This document shows, in pieces, positions 13,365 through 27,586 of a stretch of 64,000 bases of DNA. Below the pieces are notes generated by a model. It saw nothing but the letters and a program-made list of their open reading frames with translations, was not told the DNA's origin and did not search any database. Within the stretch, counting starts at the first letter, position 1. Each line of letters starts with the position of its first letter. Origin of the DNA: Squalus acanthias (lineage: Eukaryota); NCBI GenBank assembly GCA_030390025.1, contig JASTWF010000033.1:2358001-2422000 (forward strand), read 5' to 3'. Made by a program: the position numbers and the translations under genes.

Positions 13365-15073
13365 ACTTGCTGACTCAATCTCACAAAAGGACTTTCATTG
13401 GCTGCAGTGCATCATTGCACCTTCGACAAATTCCATTTTCTTGTCCATAATCCAGCCTGTGCAGCTCATTTCTCCCACAAATCCAGTTTAACTGCCTCAA
13501 ACCGGCTTCACGCCAGAAATATTCTCCCTCTCACAAGCGACATGCTCTTTAGCAGTGGCGTCAAATGTGACAACTGCCGTCCCTCAAATATCTGTATTGG
13601 ATCTTCAACTTTTCACCGTATTTACGATTGACTCGGATGGAGCAATTGAGCGATGTAGATCCAAGTTTGAAGATCGCACTAAGTTAGAAGGTCCGGTCGT
13701 AGTGCAAATGGGAACGGGAGCAAACCAAAGGGACAGAGACAGTCGGAGTAAGTCGGCAAAACAAAAGGCAAATCGAGTTCACTGTGCCCAAGTGTGACTG
13801 CATCCACCTTGCAACATTATGAGATAGTTCGGAGTATTTTCTAAATAATTGGAAGCCTATTAACTGTTGAGGAGTAAAGAGGTTTATGAGCCCCAGTTCA
13901 CAAATCATTAGTAGCTGGCAGACATGGAGCAAAATACAGTTTTATTGACCTGGTTAGGAAATTGTTTGCGCGACAGGAGACGCATTTTACGGATAATGAT
14001 CTGTTACTTTATTTGGCAGGATATGACGAGTGCCTGTCCGTGAGGGATCTCTTATGTGGCCTCATCTATTCACCGATTTTATTAACGACTTACTTGATGG
14101 GATTGAGAGCCAAACATTCAAGTTTAATGATGACAAAATAGATAGGCGGCATTATAAGCAGTACAGGTGGAAGCAAGAAATTTGCCCAGATATTCATCGA
14201 TTATGTGAATGGGCAAATCTGTGGCAAATTGATTGAAATATTAGCGAAATGTGATGTCATCCACTTCGGAAATAAAAAGGGGCTTTTAGAATACACTCTA
14301 TACAATGTTAAGCTGGAAACAGTTGAGATCCAAATAGACTTAAGGGTCCATGTACATATATCATTTAATGGTCATGGACAGGTACAGAAAAGAATGAAAA
14401 AGGCTGAATGAAAGGTGATACTTATGTCTATAGGATGACAATATAAGGGGGAGAAATTATGCAACAGCCATACAAAGCACTGGTTAGACCACACCTGGAG
14501 TACTGTGTGCAGTTCTGGGCATCACACCTTAGTATTAGGCTTAAAAAGTGAAGCGTAGATTTACCAGAATGATACACAGAGTCCAAGGGACAAATTACAA
14601 TGGGAGATTGCACAAACTAGGGATATATTCCTTGGAATTTAAATGCTGACGTGGTGATTTGATTGAAGTATTCACGATATTAGGTGGAACTGATAGTGTC
14701 GATAGAGCGAAGCTATTTCCGATGATTGGCCCGCCTAGGAGTACGGGACACAGACTCAACATTAGTTCCAAGCCTTTCAGGAGAGAAGTTAGGAAAGGCT
14801 TCTACATGGAATGAGTGGCAGAAATTTGTAACACACTTCCGCAAACAGCATTTAAATCTGGGTCAGTTGGCAATGTTAAACTTGAGATTGACAGATGTTG
14901 GTTAACCAAAGTATTAAGGAATCTGGAGCAAAGGGATGCAAACGGAGTTCGATCGCAGATCCAATTGAACGGCAGAAAGGCTCGAGCGGTTAAAATGCCT
15001 TGTTCTGTTGTTATTCTCATTGCTGAAGGATCAGAGCACGAATGCAGAAATGAATATCGTCATTCAAAAACAG

Positions 15074-15146
15074 CGCCCGAACAGGGACTTGAACCCTGGA
15101 CCCTCAGATTAAAAGTCTGATGCTCTACCGACTGAGCTATCCGGGC
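15074..15146 (-). tRNA. tRNA-Lys-TTT: tRNA-Lys(TTT), copy 9
   Basis: Identical to copy 1. Confidence 0.97.
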
Positions 15147-16852
15147 ACTTGCTGACTCAATCTCACAAAAGGACTTTCATTGGCTGCAGTGCATCATTGC
15201 ACCTTCGACAAATTCCATTTTCTTGTCCATAATCCAGCCTGTGCAGCTCATTTCTCCCACAAATCCAGTTTAACTGCCTCAAACCGGCTTCACGCCAGAA
15301 ATATTCTCCCTCTCACAAGCGACATGCTCTTTAGCAGTGGCGTCAAATGTGACAACTGCCGTCCCTCAAATATCTGTATTGGATCTTCAACTTTTCACCG
15401 TATTTACGATTGACTCGGATGGAGCAATTGAGCGATGTAGATCCAAGTTTGAAGATCGCACTAAGTTAGAAGGTCCGGTCGTAGTGCAAATGGGAACGGG
15501 AGCAAACCACAGGGACAGAGACAGTCGGAGTAAGTCGGCAAAACAAAAGGCAAAACGAGTTCACTGTGCCCAAGTGTGACTGCATCCACCTTGCAACATT
15601 ATGAGATAGTTCGGAGTATTTTCTAAATAATTGGAACCAATTAACTGTTGAGGAGTAAAGAGGTTTATGAGCCCCAGTTCACAAATCATTAGTAGCTGGC
15701 AGACATGGAGCAAAATACAGTTTTATTGACCTGGTTAGGAAATTGTTTGCGCGACAGGAGACGCATTTTACGGATAATGATCTGTTACTTTATTTGGCAG
15801 GATATGACGAGTGCCTGTCCGTGAGGGATCTCTTATGTGGCCTCATCTATTCACCGATTTTATTAACGACTTACTTGATGGGATTGAGAGCCAAACATTC
15901 AAGTTTAATGATGACAAAATAGATAGGCGGCATTATAAGCAGTACAGGTGGAAGCAAGAAATTTGCCCAGATATTCATCGATTATGTGAATGGGCAAATC
16001 TGTGGCAAATTGATTTAAATATTAGCGAAATGTGATGTCATCCACTTCGGAAATAAAAAGGGGCTTTTAGAATACACTCTATACAATGTTAAGCTGGAAA
16101 CAGTTGAGATCCAAATAGACTTAAGGGTCCATGTACATATATCATTTAATGGTCATGGACAGGTACAGAAAGAATGAAAAAGGCTGAATGAAAGGTGATA
16201 CTTATGTCTATAGGATGACAATATAAGGGGGAGAAATTATGCAACAGCCATACAAAGCACTGGTTAGACCACACCTGGAGTACTGTGTGCAGTTCTGGGC
16301 ATCACACCTTAGTATTAGGCTTAAAAAGTGAAGCGTAGATTTACCAGAATGATACACAGAGTCCAAGGACAAATTACAATGGGAGATTGCACAAACTAGG
16401 GATATATTCCTTGGAATTTAAATGCTGACGTGGTGATTTGATTGAAGTATTCACGATATTAGGTGGAACTGATAGTGTCGATAGAGCGAAGCTATTTCCG
16501 ATGATTGGCCCGCCTAGGAGTACGGGACACAGACTCAACATTAGTTCCAAGCCTTTCAGGAGAGAAGTTAGGAAAGGCTTCTACATGGAATGAGTGGCAG
16601 AAATTTGTAACACACTTCCGCAAACAGCATTTAAATCTGGGTCAGTTGGCAATGTTAAAGTTGAGATTGACAGATGTTGGTTAACCAAAGTATTAAGGAA
16701 TCTGGAGCAAAGGGATGCAAACGGAGTTCGATCGCAGATCCAATTGAACGGCAGAAAGGCTCGAGCGGTTAAAATGCCTTGTTCTGTTGTTATTCTCATT
16801 GCTGAAGGATCAGAGCACGAATGCAGAAATGAATATCGTCATTCAAAAACAG

Positions 16853-16925
16853 CGCCCGAACAGGGACTTGAACCCTGGACCCTCAGATTAAAAGTCTGAT
16901 GCTCTACCGACTGAGCTATCCGGGC
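16853..16925 (-). tRNA. tRNA-Lys-TTT: tRNA-Lys(TTT), copy 10
   Basis: Identical to copy 1. Confidence 0.97.
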
Positions 16926-18619
16926 ACTTGCTGACTCAATCTCACAAAAGGACTTTCATTGGCTGCAGTGCATCATTGCACCTTCGACAAATTCCATTTT
17001 CTTGTCCATAATCCAGCCTGTGCAGCTCATTTCTCCCACAAATCCAGTTTAACTGCCTCAAACCGGCTTCAGGCCAGAAATATTCTCCCTCTCACAAGCG
17101 ACATGCTCTTTAGCAGTGGCGTCAAATGTGACAACTGCCGTCCCTCAAATATCTGTATTGGATCTTCAACTTTTCACCGTATTTACGATTGACTCGGATG
17201 GAGCAATTGAGCGATGTAGATCCAAGTTTGAAGATCGCACTAAGTTAGAAGGTCCGGTCGTAGTGCAAATGGGAACAGGAGCAAACCAAAGGGACAGAGA
17301 CAGTCGGAGTAAGTCGGCAAAACAAAAGGCAAAACGAGTTCACTGTGCATCCACCTTGCAACATTATGAGATAGTTCGGAGTATTTTCTAAATAATTGGA
17401 ACCAATTAACTGTTGAGGAGTAAAGAGGTTTATGAGCCCCAGTTCACAAATCATTAGTAGCTGGCAGACATGGAGCAAAATACAGTTTTATTGACCTGGT
17501 TAGGAAATTGTTTGCGCGACAGGAGACGCATTTTACGGATAATGATCTGTTACTTTATTTGGCAGGATATGACGAGTGCCGTCCGTGAGGGATCTCTTAT
17601 GTGGCCTCATCTATTCACCGATTTTATTAACGACTTACTTGATGGGATTGAGAGCCAAACATTCAAGTTTAATGATGACAAAATAGATAGGCGGCATTAT
17701 AAGCAGTACAGGTGGAAGCAAGAAATTTGCCCAGATATTCATCGATTATGTGAATGGGCAAATCTGTGGCAAATTGATTGAAATATTAGCGAAATGTGAT
17801 GTCATCCACTTCGGAAATAAAAAGGGGCTTTTAGAATACACTCTATACAATGTTAAGCTGGAAACAGTTGAGATCCAAATAGACTTAAGGGTCCATGTAC
17901 ATATATCATTTAATGGTCATGGACAGGTACAGAAAAGAATGAAAAAGGCTGAATGAAAGGTGATACTTATGTCTATAGGATGACAATATAAGGGGGAGAA
18001 ATTATGCAACAGCAATACAAAGCACTGGTTAGGACCACACCTGGAGTACTGTGTGCAGTTCTGGGCATCACACCTTAGTATTAGGCTTAAAAAGTGAAGC
18101 GTAGATTTACCAGAATGATACACAGAGTCCAAGGGACAAATTACAATGGGAGATTGCACAAACTAGGGATATATTCCTTGGAATTTAAATGCTGACGTGG
18201 TGATTTGATTGAAGTATTCACGATATTAGGTGGAACTGATAGTGTCGATAGAGCGAAGCTATTTCCGATGATTGGCCCGCCTAGGAGTACGGGACACAGA
18301 CTCAACATTAGTTCCAAGCCTTTCAGGAGAGAAGTTTGGAAAGGCTTCTTCATGGAATGAGTGGCAGAAATTTGTAACACACTTCCGCAAACAGCATTTA
18401 AATCTGGGTCAGTTGGCAATGTTAAATTTGAGATTGACAGATGTTGGTTAACCAAAGTATTAAGGAATCTGGAGCAAAGGGATGCAAACGGAGTTCGATC
18501 GCAGATCCAATTGAACGGCAGAAAGGCTCGAGCGGTTAAAATGCCTTGTTCTGTTGTTATTCTCATTGCTGAAGGATCAGAGCACGAATGCAGAAATGAA
18601 TATCGTCATTCAAAAACAG

Positions 18620-18692
18620 CGCCCGAACAGGGACTTGAACCCTGGACCCTCAGATTAAAAGTCTGATGCTCTACCGACTGAGCTATCCGGGC
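18620..18692 (-). tRNA. tRNA-Lys-TTT: tRNA-Lys(TTT), copy 11
   Basis: Identical to copy 1. Confidence 0.97.
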
Positions 18693-20399
18693 ACTTGCTG
18701 ACTCAATCTCACAAAAGGACTTTCATTGGCTGCAGTGCATCATTGCACCTTCGACAAATTCCATTTTCTTGTCCATAATCCAGCCTGTGCAGCTCATTTC
18801 TCCCACAAATCCAGTTTAACTGCCTCAAACCGGCTTCAGGCCAGAAATATTCTCCCTCTCACAAGCGACATGCTCTTTAGCAGTGGCGTCAAATGTGACA
18901 ACTGCCGTCCCTCAAATATCTGTATTGGATCTTCAACTTTTCACCGTATTTACGATTGACTCGGATGGAGCAATTGAGCGATGTAGATCCAAGTTTGAAG
19001 ATCGCACTAAGTTAGAAGGTCCGGTCGTAGTGCAAATGGGAACGGGAGCAAACCAAAGGGACAGAGACAGTCGGAGTAAGTCGGCAAAACAAAAGGCAAA
19101 ACGAGTTCACTGTGCCCAAGTGTGACTGCATCCACCTTGCAACATTATGAGATAGTTCGGAGTATTTTCTAAATAATTGGAACCAATTAACTGTTGAGGA
19201 GTAAAGAGGTTTATGAGCCCCAGTTCACAAATCATTAGTAGCTGGCAGACATGGAGCAAAATACAGTTTTATTGACCTGGTTAGGAAATTGTTTGCGCGA
19301 CAGGAGACGCATTTTACGGATAATGATCTGTTACTTTATTTGGCAGGATATGACGAGTGCCGTCCGTGAGGGATCTCTTATGTGGCCTCATCTATTCACC
19401 GATTTTATTAACGATTTACTTGATGGGATTGAGAGCCAAACATTCAAGTTTAATGATGACAAAATAGATAGGCGGCATTATAAGCAGTACAGGTGGAAGC
19501 AAGAAATTTGCCCAGATATTCATCGATTATGTGAATGGGCAAATCTGTGGCAAATTGATTGAAATATTAGCGAAATGTGATGTCATCCACTTCGGAAATA
19601 AAAAGGGGCTTTTAGAATACACTCTATACAATGTTAAGCTGGAAACAGTTGAGATCCAAATAGACTTAAGGGTCCATGTACATATATCATTTAATGGTCA
19701 TGGACAGGTACAGAAAAGAATGAAAAAGGCTGAATGAAAGGTGATACTTATGTCTATAGGATGACAATATAAGGGGGAGAAATTATGCAACAGCCATACA
19801 AAGCACTGGTTAGACCACACCTGGAGTACTGTGTGCAGTTCTGGGCATCACACCTTAGTATTAGGCTTAAAAAGTGAAGCGTAGATTTACCAGAATGATA
19901 CACAGAGTCCAAGGGACAAATTACAATGGGAGATTGCACAAACTAGGGATATATTCCTTGGAATTTAAATGCTGACGTGGTGATTTGATTGAAGTATTCA
20001 CGATATTAGGTGGAACTGATAGTGTCGATAGAGCGAAGCTATTTCCGATGATTGGCCCGCCTAGGAGTACGGGACACAGACTCAACATTAGTTCCAAGCC
20101 TTTCAGGAGAGAAGTTTGGAAAGGCTTCTTCATGGAATGAGTGGCAGAAATTTGTAACACACTTCCGCAAACAGCATTTAAATCTGGGTCAGTTGGCAAT
20201 GTTAAACTTGAGATTGACAGATGTTGGTTAACCAAAGTATTAAGGAATCTGGAGCAAAGGGATGCAAACGGAGTTCGATCGCAGATCCAATTGAACGGCA
20301 GAAAGGCTCGAGCGGTTAAAATGCCTTGTTCTGTTGTTATTCTCATTGCTGAAGGATCAGAGCACGAATGCAGAAATGAATATCGTCATTCAAAAACAG

Positions 20400-20472
20400 C
20401 GCCCGAACAGGGACTTGAACCCTGGACCCTCAGATTAAAAGTCTGATGCTCTACCGACTGAGCTATCCGGGC
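20400..20472 (-). tRNA. tRNA-Lys-TTT: tRNA-Lys(TTT), copy 12
   Basis: Identical to copy 1. Confidence 0.97.
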
Positions 20473-22173
20473 ACTTGCTGACTCAGTCTCACAAAAGGAC
20501 TTTCATTGGCTGCAGTGCATCATTGCACCTTCGACAAATTCCATTTTCTTGTCCATAATCCAGCCTGTGCAGCTCATTTCTCCCACAAATCCAGTTTAAC
20601 TGCCTCAAACCGGCTTCAGGCCAGAAATATTCTCCCTCTCACAAGCGACATGCTCTTTAGCAGTGGCGTCAAATGTGACAACTGCCGTCCCTCAAATATC
20701 TGTATTGGATCTTCAACTTTTCACCGTATTTACGATTGACTCGGATGGAGCAATTGAGCGATGTAGATCCAAGTTTGAAGATCGCACTAAGTTAGAAGGT
20801 CCGGTCGTAGTGCAAATGGGAACGGGAGCAAACCAAAGGGACAGAGACAGTCGGAGTAAGTCGGCAAAACAAAAGGCAAAACGAGTTCACTGTGCCCAAG
20901 TGTGACTGCATCCACCTTGCAACATTATGAGATAGTTCGGAGTATTTTCTAAATAATTGGAACCAATTAACTGTTGAGGAGTAAAGAGGTTTATGAGCCC
21001 CAGTTCACAAATCATTAGTAGCTGGCAGACATGGAGCAAAATACAGTTTTATTGACCTGGTTAGGAAATTGTTTGCGCGACAGGAGACGCATTTTACGGA
21101 TAATGATCTGTTACTTTATTTGGCAGGATATGACGAGTGCCGTCCGTGAGGGATCTCTTATGTGGCCTCATCTATTCACCGATTTTATTAACGACTTACT
21201 TGATGGGATTGAGAGCCAAACATTCAAGTTTAATGATGACAAAATAGATAGGCGGCATTATAAGCAGTACAGGTGGAAGCAAGAAATTTGGCCAGATATT
21301 CATCGATTATGTGAATAGGCAAATCTGTGGCAAATTGATTGAAATATTAGCGAAATGTGATGTCATCCACTTCGGAAATAAAAAGGGGCTTTTAGAATAC
21401 ACTCTATACAATGTTAAGCTGGAAACAGTTGAGATCCAAATAGACTTAAGGGTCCATGTACATATATCATTTAATGGTCATGGACAGGTACAGAAAAGAA
21501 TGAAAAAGGCTGAATGAAAGGTGATACTTATGTCTATAGGATGACAATATAAGGGGGAGAAATTATGCAACAGCCATACAAAGCACTGGTTAGACCACAC
21601 CTGGAGTACTGTGTGCAGTTCTGGGCATCACACCTTAGTATTAAAAAGTGAAGCGTAGATTTACCAGAATGATACACAGAGTCCAAGGGACAAATTACAA
21701 TGGGAGATTGCACAAACTAGGGATATATTCCTTGGAATTTAAATGCTGACGTGGTGATTTGATTGAAGTATTCACGATATTAGGTGGAACTGATAGTGTC
21801 GATAGAGCGAAGCTATTTCCGATGATTGGCCCGCCTAGGAGTACGGGACACAGACTCAACATTAGTTCCAAGCCTTTCAGGAGAGAAGTTTGGAAAGGCT
21901 TCTTCATGGAATGAGTGGCAGAAATTTGTAACACACTTCCGCAAACAGCATTTAAATCTGGGTCAGTTGGCAATGTTAAACTTGAGATTGACAGATGTTG
22001 GTTAACCAAAGTATTAAGGAATCTGGAGCAAAGGGATGCAAACGGAGTTCGATCGCAGATCCAATTGAACGGCAGAAAGGCTCGAGCGGTTAAAATGCCT
22101 TGTTCTGTTGTTATTCTCATTGCTGAAGGATCAGAGCACGAATGCAGAAATGAATATCGTCATTCAAAAACAG

Positions 22174-22246
22174 CGCCCGAACAGGGACTTGAACCCTGGA
22201 CCCTCAGATTAAAAGTCTGATGCTCCACCGACTGAGCTATCCGGGC
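22174..22246 (-). tRNA. tRNA-Lys-TTT: tRNA-Lys(TTT), copy 13, A21G variant
   Basis: tgctccaccg instead of tgctctaccg (22226); D-loop position 21. Confidence 0.9.
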
Positions 22247-23953
22247 ACTTGCTGACTCAATCTCACAAAAGGACTTTCATTGGCTGCAGTGCATCATTGC
22301 ACCTTCGACAAATTCCATTTTCTTGTCCATAATCCAGCCTGTGCAGCTCATTTCTCCCACAAATCCAGTTTAACTGCCTCAAACCGGCTTCAGGCCAGAA
22401 ATATTCTCCCTCTCACAAGCGACATGCTCTTTAGCAGTGGCGTCAAATGTGACAACTGCCGTCCCTCATATATCTGTATTGGATCTTCAACTTTTCACCG
22501 TATTTACGATTGACTCGGATGGAGCAATTGAGCGATGTAGATCCAAGTTTGAAGATCGCACTAAGTTAGAAGGTCCGGTCGTAGTGCAAATGGGAACGGG
22601 AGCAAACCAAAGGGACAGAGACAGTCGGAGTAAGTCGGCAAAACAAAAGGCAAAACGAGTTCACTGTGCCCAAGTGTGACTGCATCCACCTTGCAACATT
22701 ATGAGATAGTTCGGAGTATTTTCTAAATAATTGGAACCAATTAACTGTTGAGGAGTAAAGAGGTTTATGAGCCCCAGTTCACAAATCATTAGTAGCTGGC
22801 AGACATGGAGCAAAATACAGTTTTATTGACCTGGTTAGGAAATTGTTTGCGCGACAGGAGACGCATTTTACGGATAATGATCTGTTACTTTATTTGGCAG
22901 GATATGACGAGTGCCGTCCGTGAGGGATCTCTTATGTGGCCTCATCTATTCACCGATTTTATTAACGACTTACTTGATGGGATTGAGAGCCAAACATTCA
23001 AGTTTAATGATGACAAAATAGATAGGCGGCATTATAAGCAGTACAGGTGGAAGCAAGAAATTTGCCCAGATATTCATCGATTATGTGAATGGGAAAATCT
23101 GTGGCAAATTGATTGAAATATTAGCGAAATGTGATGTCATCCACTTCGGAAATAAAAAGGGGCTTTTAGAATACACTCTATACAATGTTAAGCTGGAAAC
23201 AGTTGAGATCCAAATAGACTTAAGGGTCCATGTACATATATCATTTAATGGTCATGGACAGGTACAGAAAAGAATGAAAAAGGCTGAATGAAAGGTGATA
23301 CTTATGTCTATAGGATGACAATATAAGGGGGAGAAATTATGCAACAGCCATACAAAGCACTGGTTAGACCACACCTGGAGTACTGTGTGCAGTTCTGGGC
23401 ATCACACCTTAGTATTAGGCTTAAAAAGTGAAGCGTAGATTTACCAGAATGATACACAGAGTCCAAGGGACAAATTACAATGGGAGATTGCACAAACTAG
23501 GGATATATTCCTTGGAATTTAAATGCTGACGTGGTGATTTGATTGAAGTATTCACGATATTAGGTGGAACTGATAGTGTCGATAGAGCGAAGCTATTTCC
23601 GATGATTGGCCCGCCTAGGAGTACGGGACACAGACTCAACATTAGTTCCAAGCCTTTCAGGAGAGAAGTTTGGAAAGGCTTCTTCATGGAATGAGTGGCA
23701 GAAATTTGTAACACACTTCCGCAAACAGCATTTAAATCTGGGTCAGTTGGCAATGTTAAACTTGAGATTGACAGATGTTGGTTAACCAAAGTATTAAGGA
23801 ATCTGGAGCAAAGGGATGCAAACGGAGTTCGATCGCAGATCCAATTGAACGGCAGAAAGGCTCGAGCGGTTAAAATGCCTTGTTCTGTTGTTATTCTCAT
23901 TGCTGAAGGATCAGAGCACGAATGCAGAAATGAATATCGTCATTCAAAAACAG

Positions 23954-24026
23954 CGCCCGAACAGGGACTTGAACCCTGGACCCTCAGATTAAAAGTCTGA
24001 TGCTCTACCGACTGAGCTATCCGGGC
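23954..24026 (-). tRNA. tRNA-Lys-TTT: tRNA-Lys(TTT), copy 14
   Basis: Identical to copy 1. Confidence 0.97.
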
Positions 24027-25733
24027 ACTTGCTGACTTAATCTCACAAAAGGACTTTCATTGGCTGCAGTGCATCATTGCACCTTCGACAAATTCCATTT
24101 TCTTGTCCATAATCCAGCCTGTGCAGCTCATTTCTCCCACAAATCCAGTTTAACTGCCTCAAACCGGCTTCAGGCCAGAAATATTCTCCCTCTCACAAGC
24201 GACATGCTCTTTAGCAGTGGCGTCAAATGTGACAACTGCCGTCCCTCAAATATCTGTATTGGATCTTCAACTTTTCACCGTATTTACGATTGACTCGGAT
24301 GGAGCAATTGAGCGATGTAGATCCAAGTTTGAAGATCGCACTAAGTTAGAAGGTCCGGTCGTAGTGCAAATGGGAACGGGAGCAAACCAAAGGGACAGAG
24401 ACAGTCGGAGTAAGTCGGCAAAACAAAAGGCAAAACGAGTTCACTGTGCCCAAGTGTGACTGCATCCACCTTGCAACATTATGAGATAGTTCGGAGTATT
24501 TTCTAAATAATTGGAACCAATTAACTGTTGAGGAGTAAAGAGGTTTATGAGCCCCAGTTCACAAATCATTAGTAGCTGGCAGACATGGAGCAAAATACAG
24601 TTTTATTGACCTGGTTAGGAAATTGTTTGCGCGACAGGAGACGCATTTTACGGATAATGATCTGTTACTTTATTTGGCAGGATATGACGAGTGCCGTCCG
24701 TGAGGGATCTCTTATGTGGCCTCATCTATTCACCGATTTTATTAACGACTTACTTGATGGGATTGAGAGCCAAACATTCAAGTTTAATGATGACAAAATA
24801 GATAGGCGGCATTATAAGCAGTACAGGTGGAAGCAAGAAATTTGCCCAGATATTCATCGATTATGTGAATGGGCAAATCTGTGGCAAATTGATTGAAATA
24901 TTAGCGAAATGTGATGTCATCCACTTCGGAAATAAAAAGGGGCTTTTAGAATACACTCTATACAATGTTAAGCTGGAAACAGTTGAGATCCAAATAGACT
25001 TAAGGGTCCATGTACATATATCATTTAATGGTCATGGACAGGTACAGAAAAGAATGAAAAAGGCTGAATGAAAGGTGATACTTATGTCTATAGGATGACA
25101 ATATAAGGGGGAGAAATTATGCAACAGCCATACAAAGCACTGGTTAGACCACACCTGGAGTACTGTGTGCAGTTCTGGGCATCACACCTTAGTATTAGGC
25201 TTAAAAAGTGAAGCGTAGATTTACCAGAATGATACACAGAGTCCAAGGGACAAATTACAATGGGAGATTGCACAAACTAGGGATATATTCCTTGGAATTT
25301 AAATGCTGACGTGGTGATTTGATTGAAGTATTCACGATATTAGGTGGAACTGATAGTGTCGATAGAGCGAAGCTATTTCCGATGATTGGCCCGCCTAGGA
25401 GTACGGGACACAGACTCAACATTAGTTCCAAGCCTTTCAGGAGAGAAGTTTGGAAAGGCTTCTTCATGGAATGAGTGGCAGAAATTTGTAACACACTTCC
25501 GCAAACAGCATTTAAATCTGGGTCAGTTGGCAATGTTAAACTTGAGATTGACAGATGTTGGTTAACCAAAGTATTAAGGAATCTGGAGCAAAGGGATGCA
25601 AACGGAGTTCGATCGCAGATCCAATTGAACGGCAGAAAGGCTCGAGCGGTTAAAATGCCTTGTTCTGTTGTTATTCTCATTGCTGAAGGATCAGAGCACG
25701 AATGCAGAAATGAATATCGTCATTCAAAAACAG

Positions 25734-25806
25734 CGCCCGAACAGGGACTTGAACCCTGGACCCTCAGATTAAAAGTCTGATGCTCTACCGACTGAGCTAT
25801 CCGGGC
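25734..25806 (-). tRNA. tRNA-Lys-TTT: tRNA-Lys(TTT), copy 15
   Basis: Identical to copy 1. Confidence 0.97.
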
Positions 25807-27513
25807 ACTTGCTGACTCAATCTCACAAAAGGACTTTCATTGGCTGCAGTGCATCATTGCACCTTCGACAAATTCCATTTTCTTGTCCATAATCCAGCCT
25901 GTGCAGCTCATTTCTCCCACAAATCCAGTTTAACTGCCTCAAACCGGCTTCACGCCAGAAATATTCTCCCTCTCACAAGCGACATGCTCTTTAGCAGTGG
26001 CGTCAAATGTGACAACTGCCGTCCCTCAAATATCTGTATTGGATCTTCAACTTTTCACCGTATTTACGATTGACTCGGATGGAGCAATTGAGCGATGTAG
26101 ATCCAAGTTTGAAGATCGCACTAAGTTAGAAGGTCCGGTCGTAGTGCAAATGGGAACGGGAGCAAACCAAAGGGACAGAGACAGTCGGAGTAAGTCGGCA
26201 AAACAAAAGGCAAAACGAGTTCACTGTGCCCAAGTGTGACTGCATCCACCTTGCAACATTATGAGATAGTTCGGAGTATTTTCTAAATAATTGGAAGCTA
26301 TTAACTGTTGAGGAGTAAAGAGGTTTATGAGCCCCTGTTCACAAATCATTAGTAGCTGGCAGACATGGAGCAAAATACAGTTTTATTGACCTGGTTAGGA
26401 AATTGTTTGCGCGACAGGAGACGCATTTTACGGATAATGATCTGTTACTTTATTTGGCAGGATATGACGAGTGCTGTCCGTGAGGGATCTCTTATGTGGC
26501 CTCATCTATTCACCGATTTTATTAACGACTTACTTGATGGGATTGAGAGCCAAACATTCAAGTTTAATGATGACAAAATAGATAGGCGGCATTATAAGCA
26601 GTACAGGTGGAAGCAAGAAATTTGCCCAGATATTCATCGATTATGTGAATGGGCAAATCTGTGGCAAATTGATTTAAATATTAGCGAAATGTGATGTCAT
26701 CCACTTCGGAAATAAAAAAGGGGCTTTTAGAATACACTCTATACAATGTTAAGCTGGAAACAGTTGAGATCCAAATAGACTTAAGGGTCCATGTACATAT
26801 ATCATTTAATGGTCATGGACAGGTACAGAAAAGAATGAAAAAGGCTGAATGAAAGGTGATACTTATGTCTATAGGATGACAATATAAGGGGGAGAAATTA
26901 TGCAACAGCCATACAAAGCACTGGTTAGACCACACCTGGAGTACTGTGTGCAGTTCTGGGCATCACACCTTAGTATTAGGCTTAAAAAGTGAAGCGTAGA
27001 TTTACCAGAATGATACACAGAGTCGAAGGGACAAATTACAATGGGAGATTGCACAAACTAGGGATATATTCCTTGGAATTTAAATGCTGACGTGGTGATT
27101 TGATTGAAGTATTCACGATATTAGGTGGAACTGATAGTGTCGATAGAGCGAAGCTATTTCCGATGATTGGCCCGTCTAGGAGTACGGGACACAGACTCAA
27201 CATTAGTTCCAAGCCTTTCAGGAGAGAAGTTTGGAAAGGCTTCTTCATGGAATGAGTGGCAGAAATTTGTAACACACTTCCGCAAACAGCATTTAAATCT
27301 GGGTCAGTTGGCAATGTTAAAGTTGAGATTGACAGATGTTGGTTAACCAAAGTATTAAGGAATCTGGAGCAAAGGGATGCAAACGGAGTTCGATCGCAGA
27401 TCAATTGAACGGCAGAAAGGCTCGAGCGGTTAAAATGCCTTGTTCTGTTGTTATTCTCATTGCTGAAGGATCAGAGCACGAATGCAGAAATGAATATCGT
27501 CATTCAAAAACAG

Positions 27514-27586
27514 CGCCCGAACAGGGACTTGAACCCTGGACCCTCAGATTAAAAGTCTGATGCTCTACCGACTGAGCTATCCGGGC
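27514..27586 (-). tRNA. tRNA-Lys-TTT: tRNA-Lys(TTT), copy 16
   Basis: Identical to copy 1. Confidence 0.97.
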
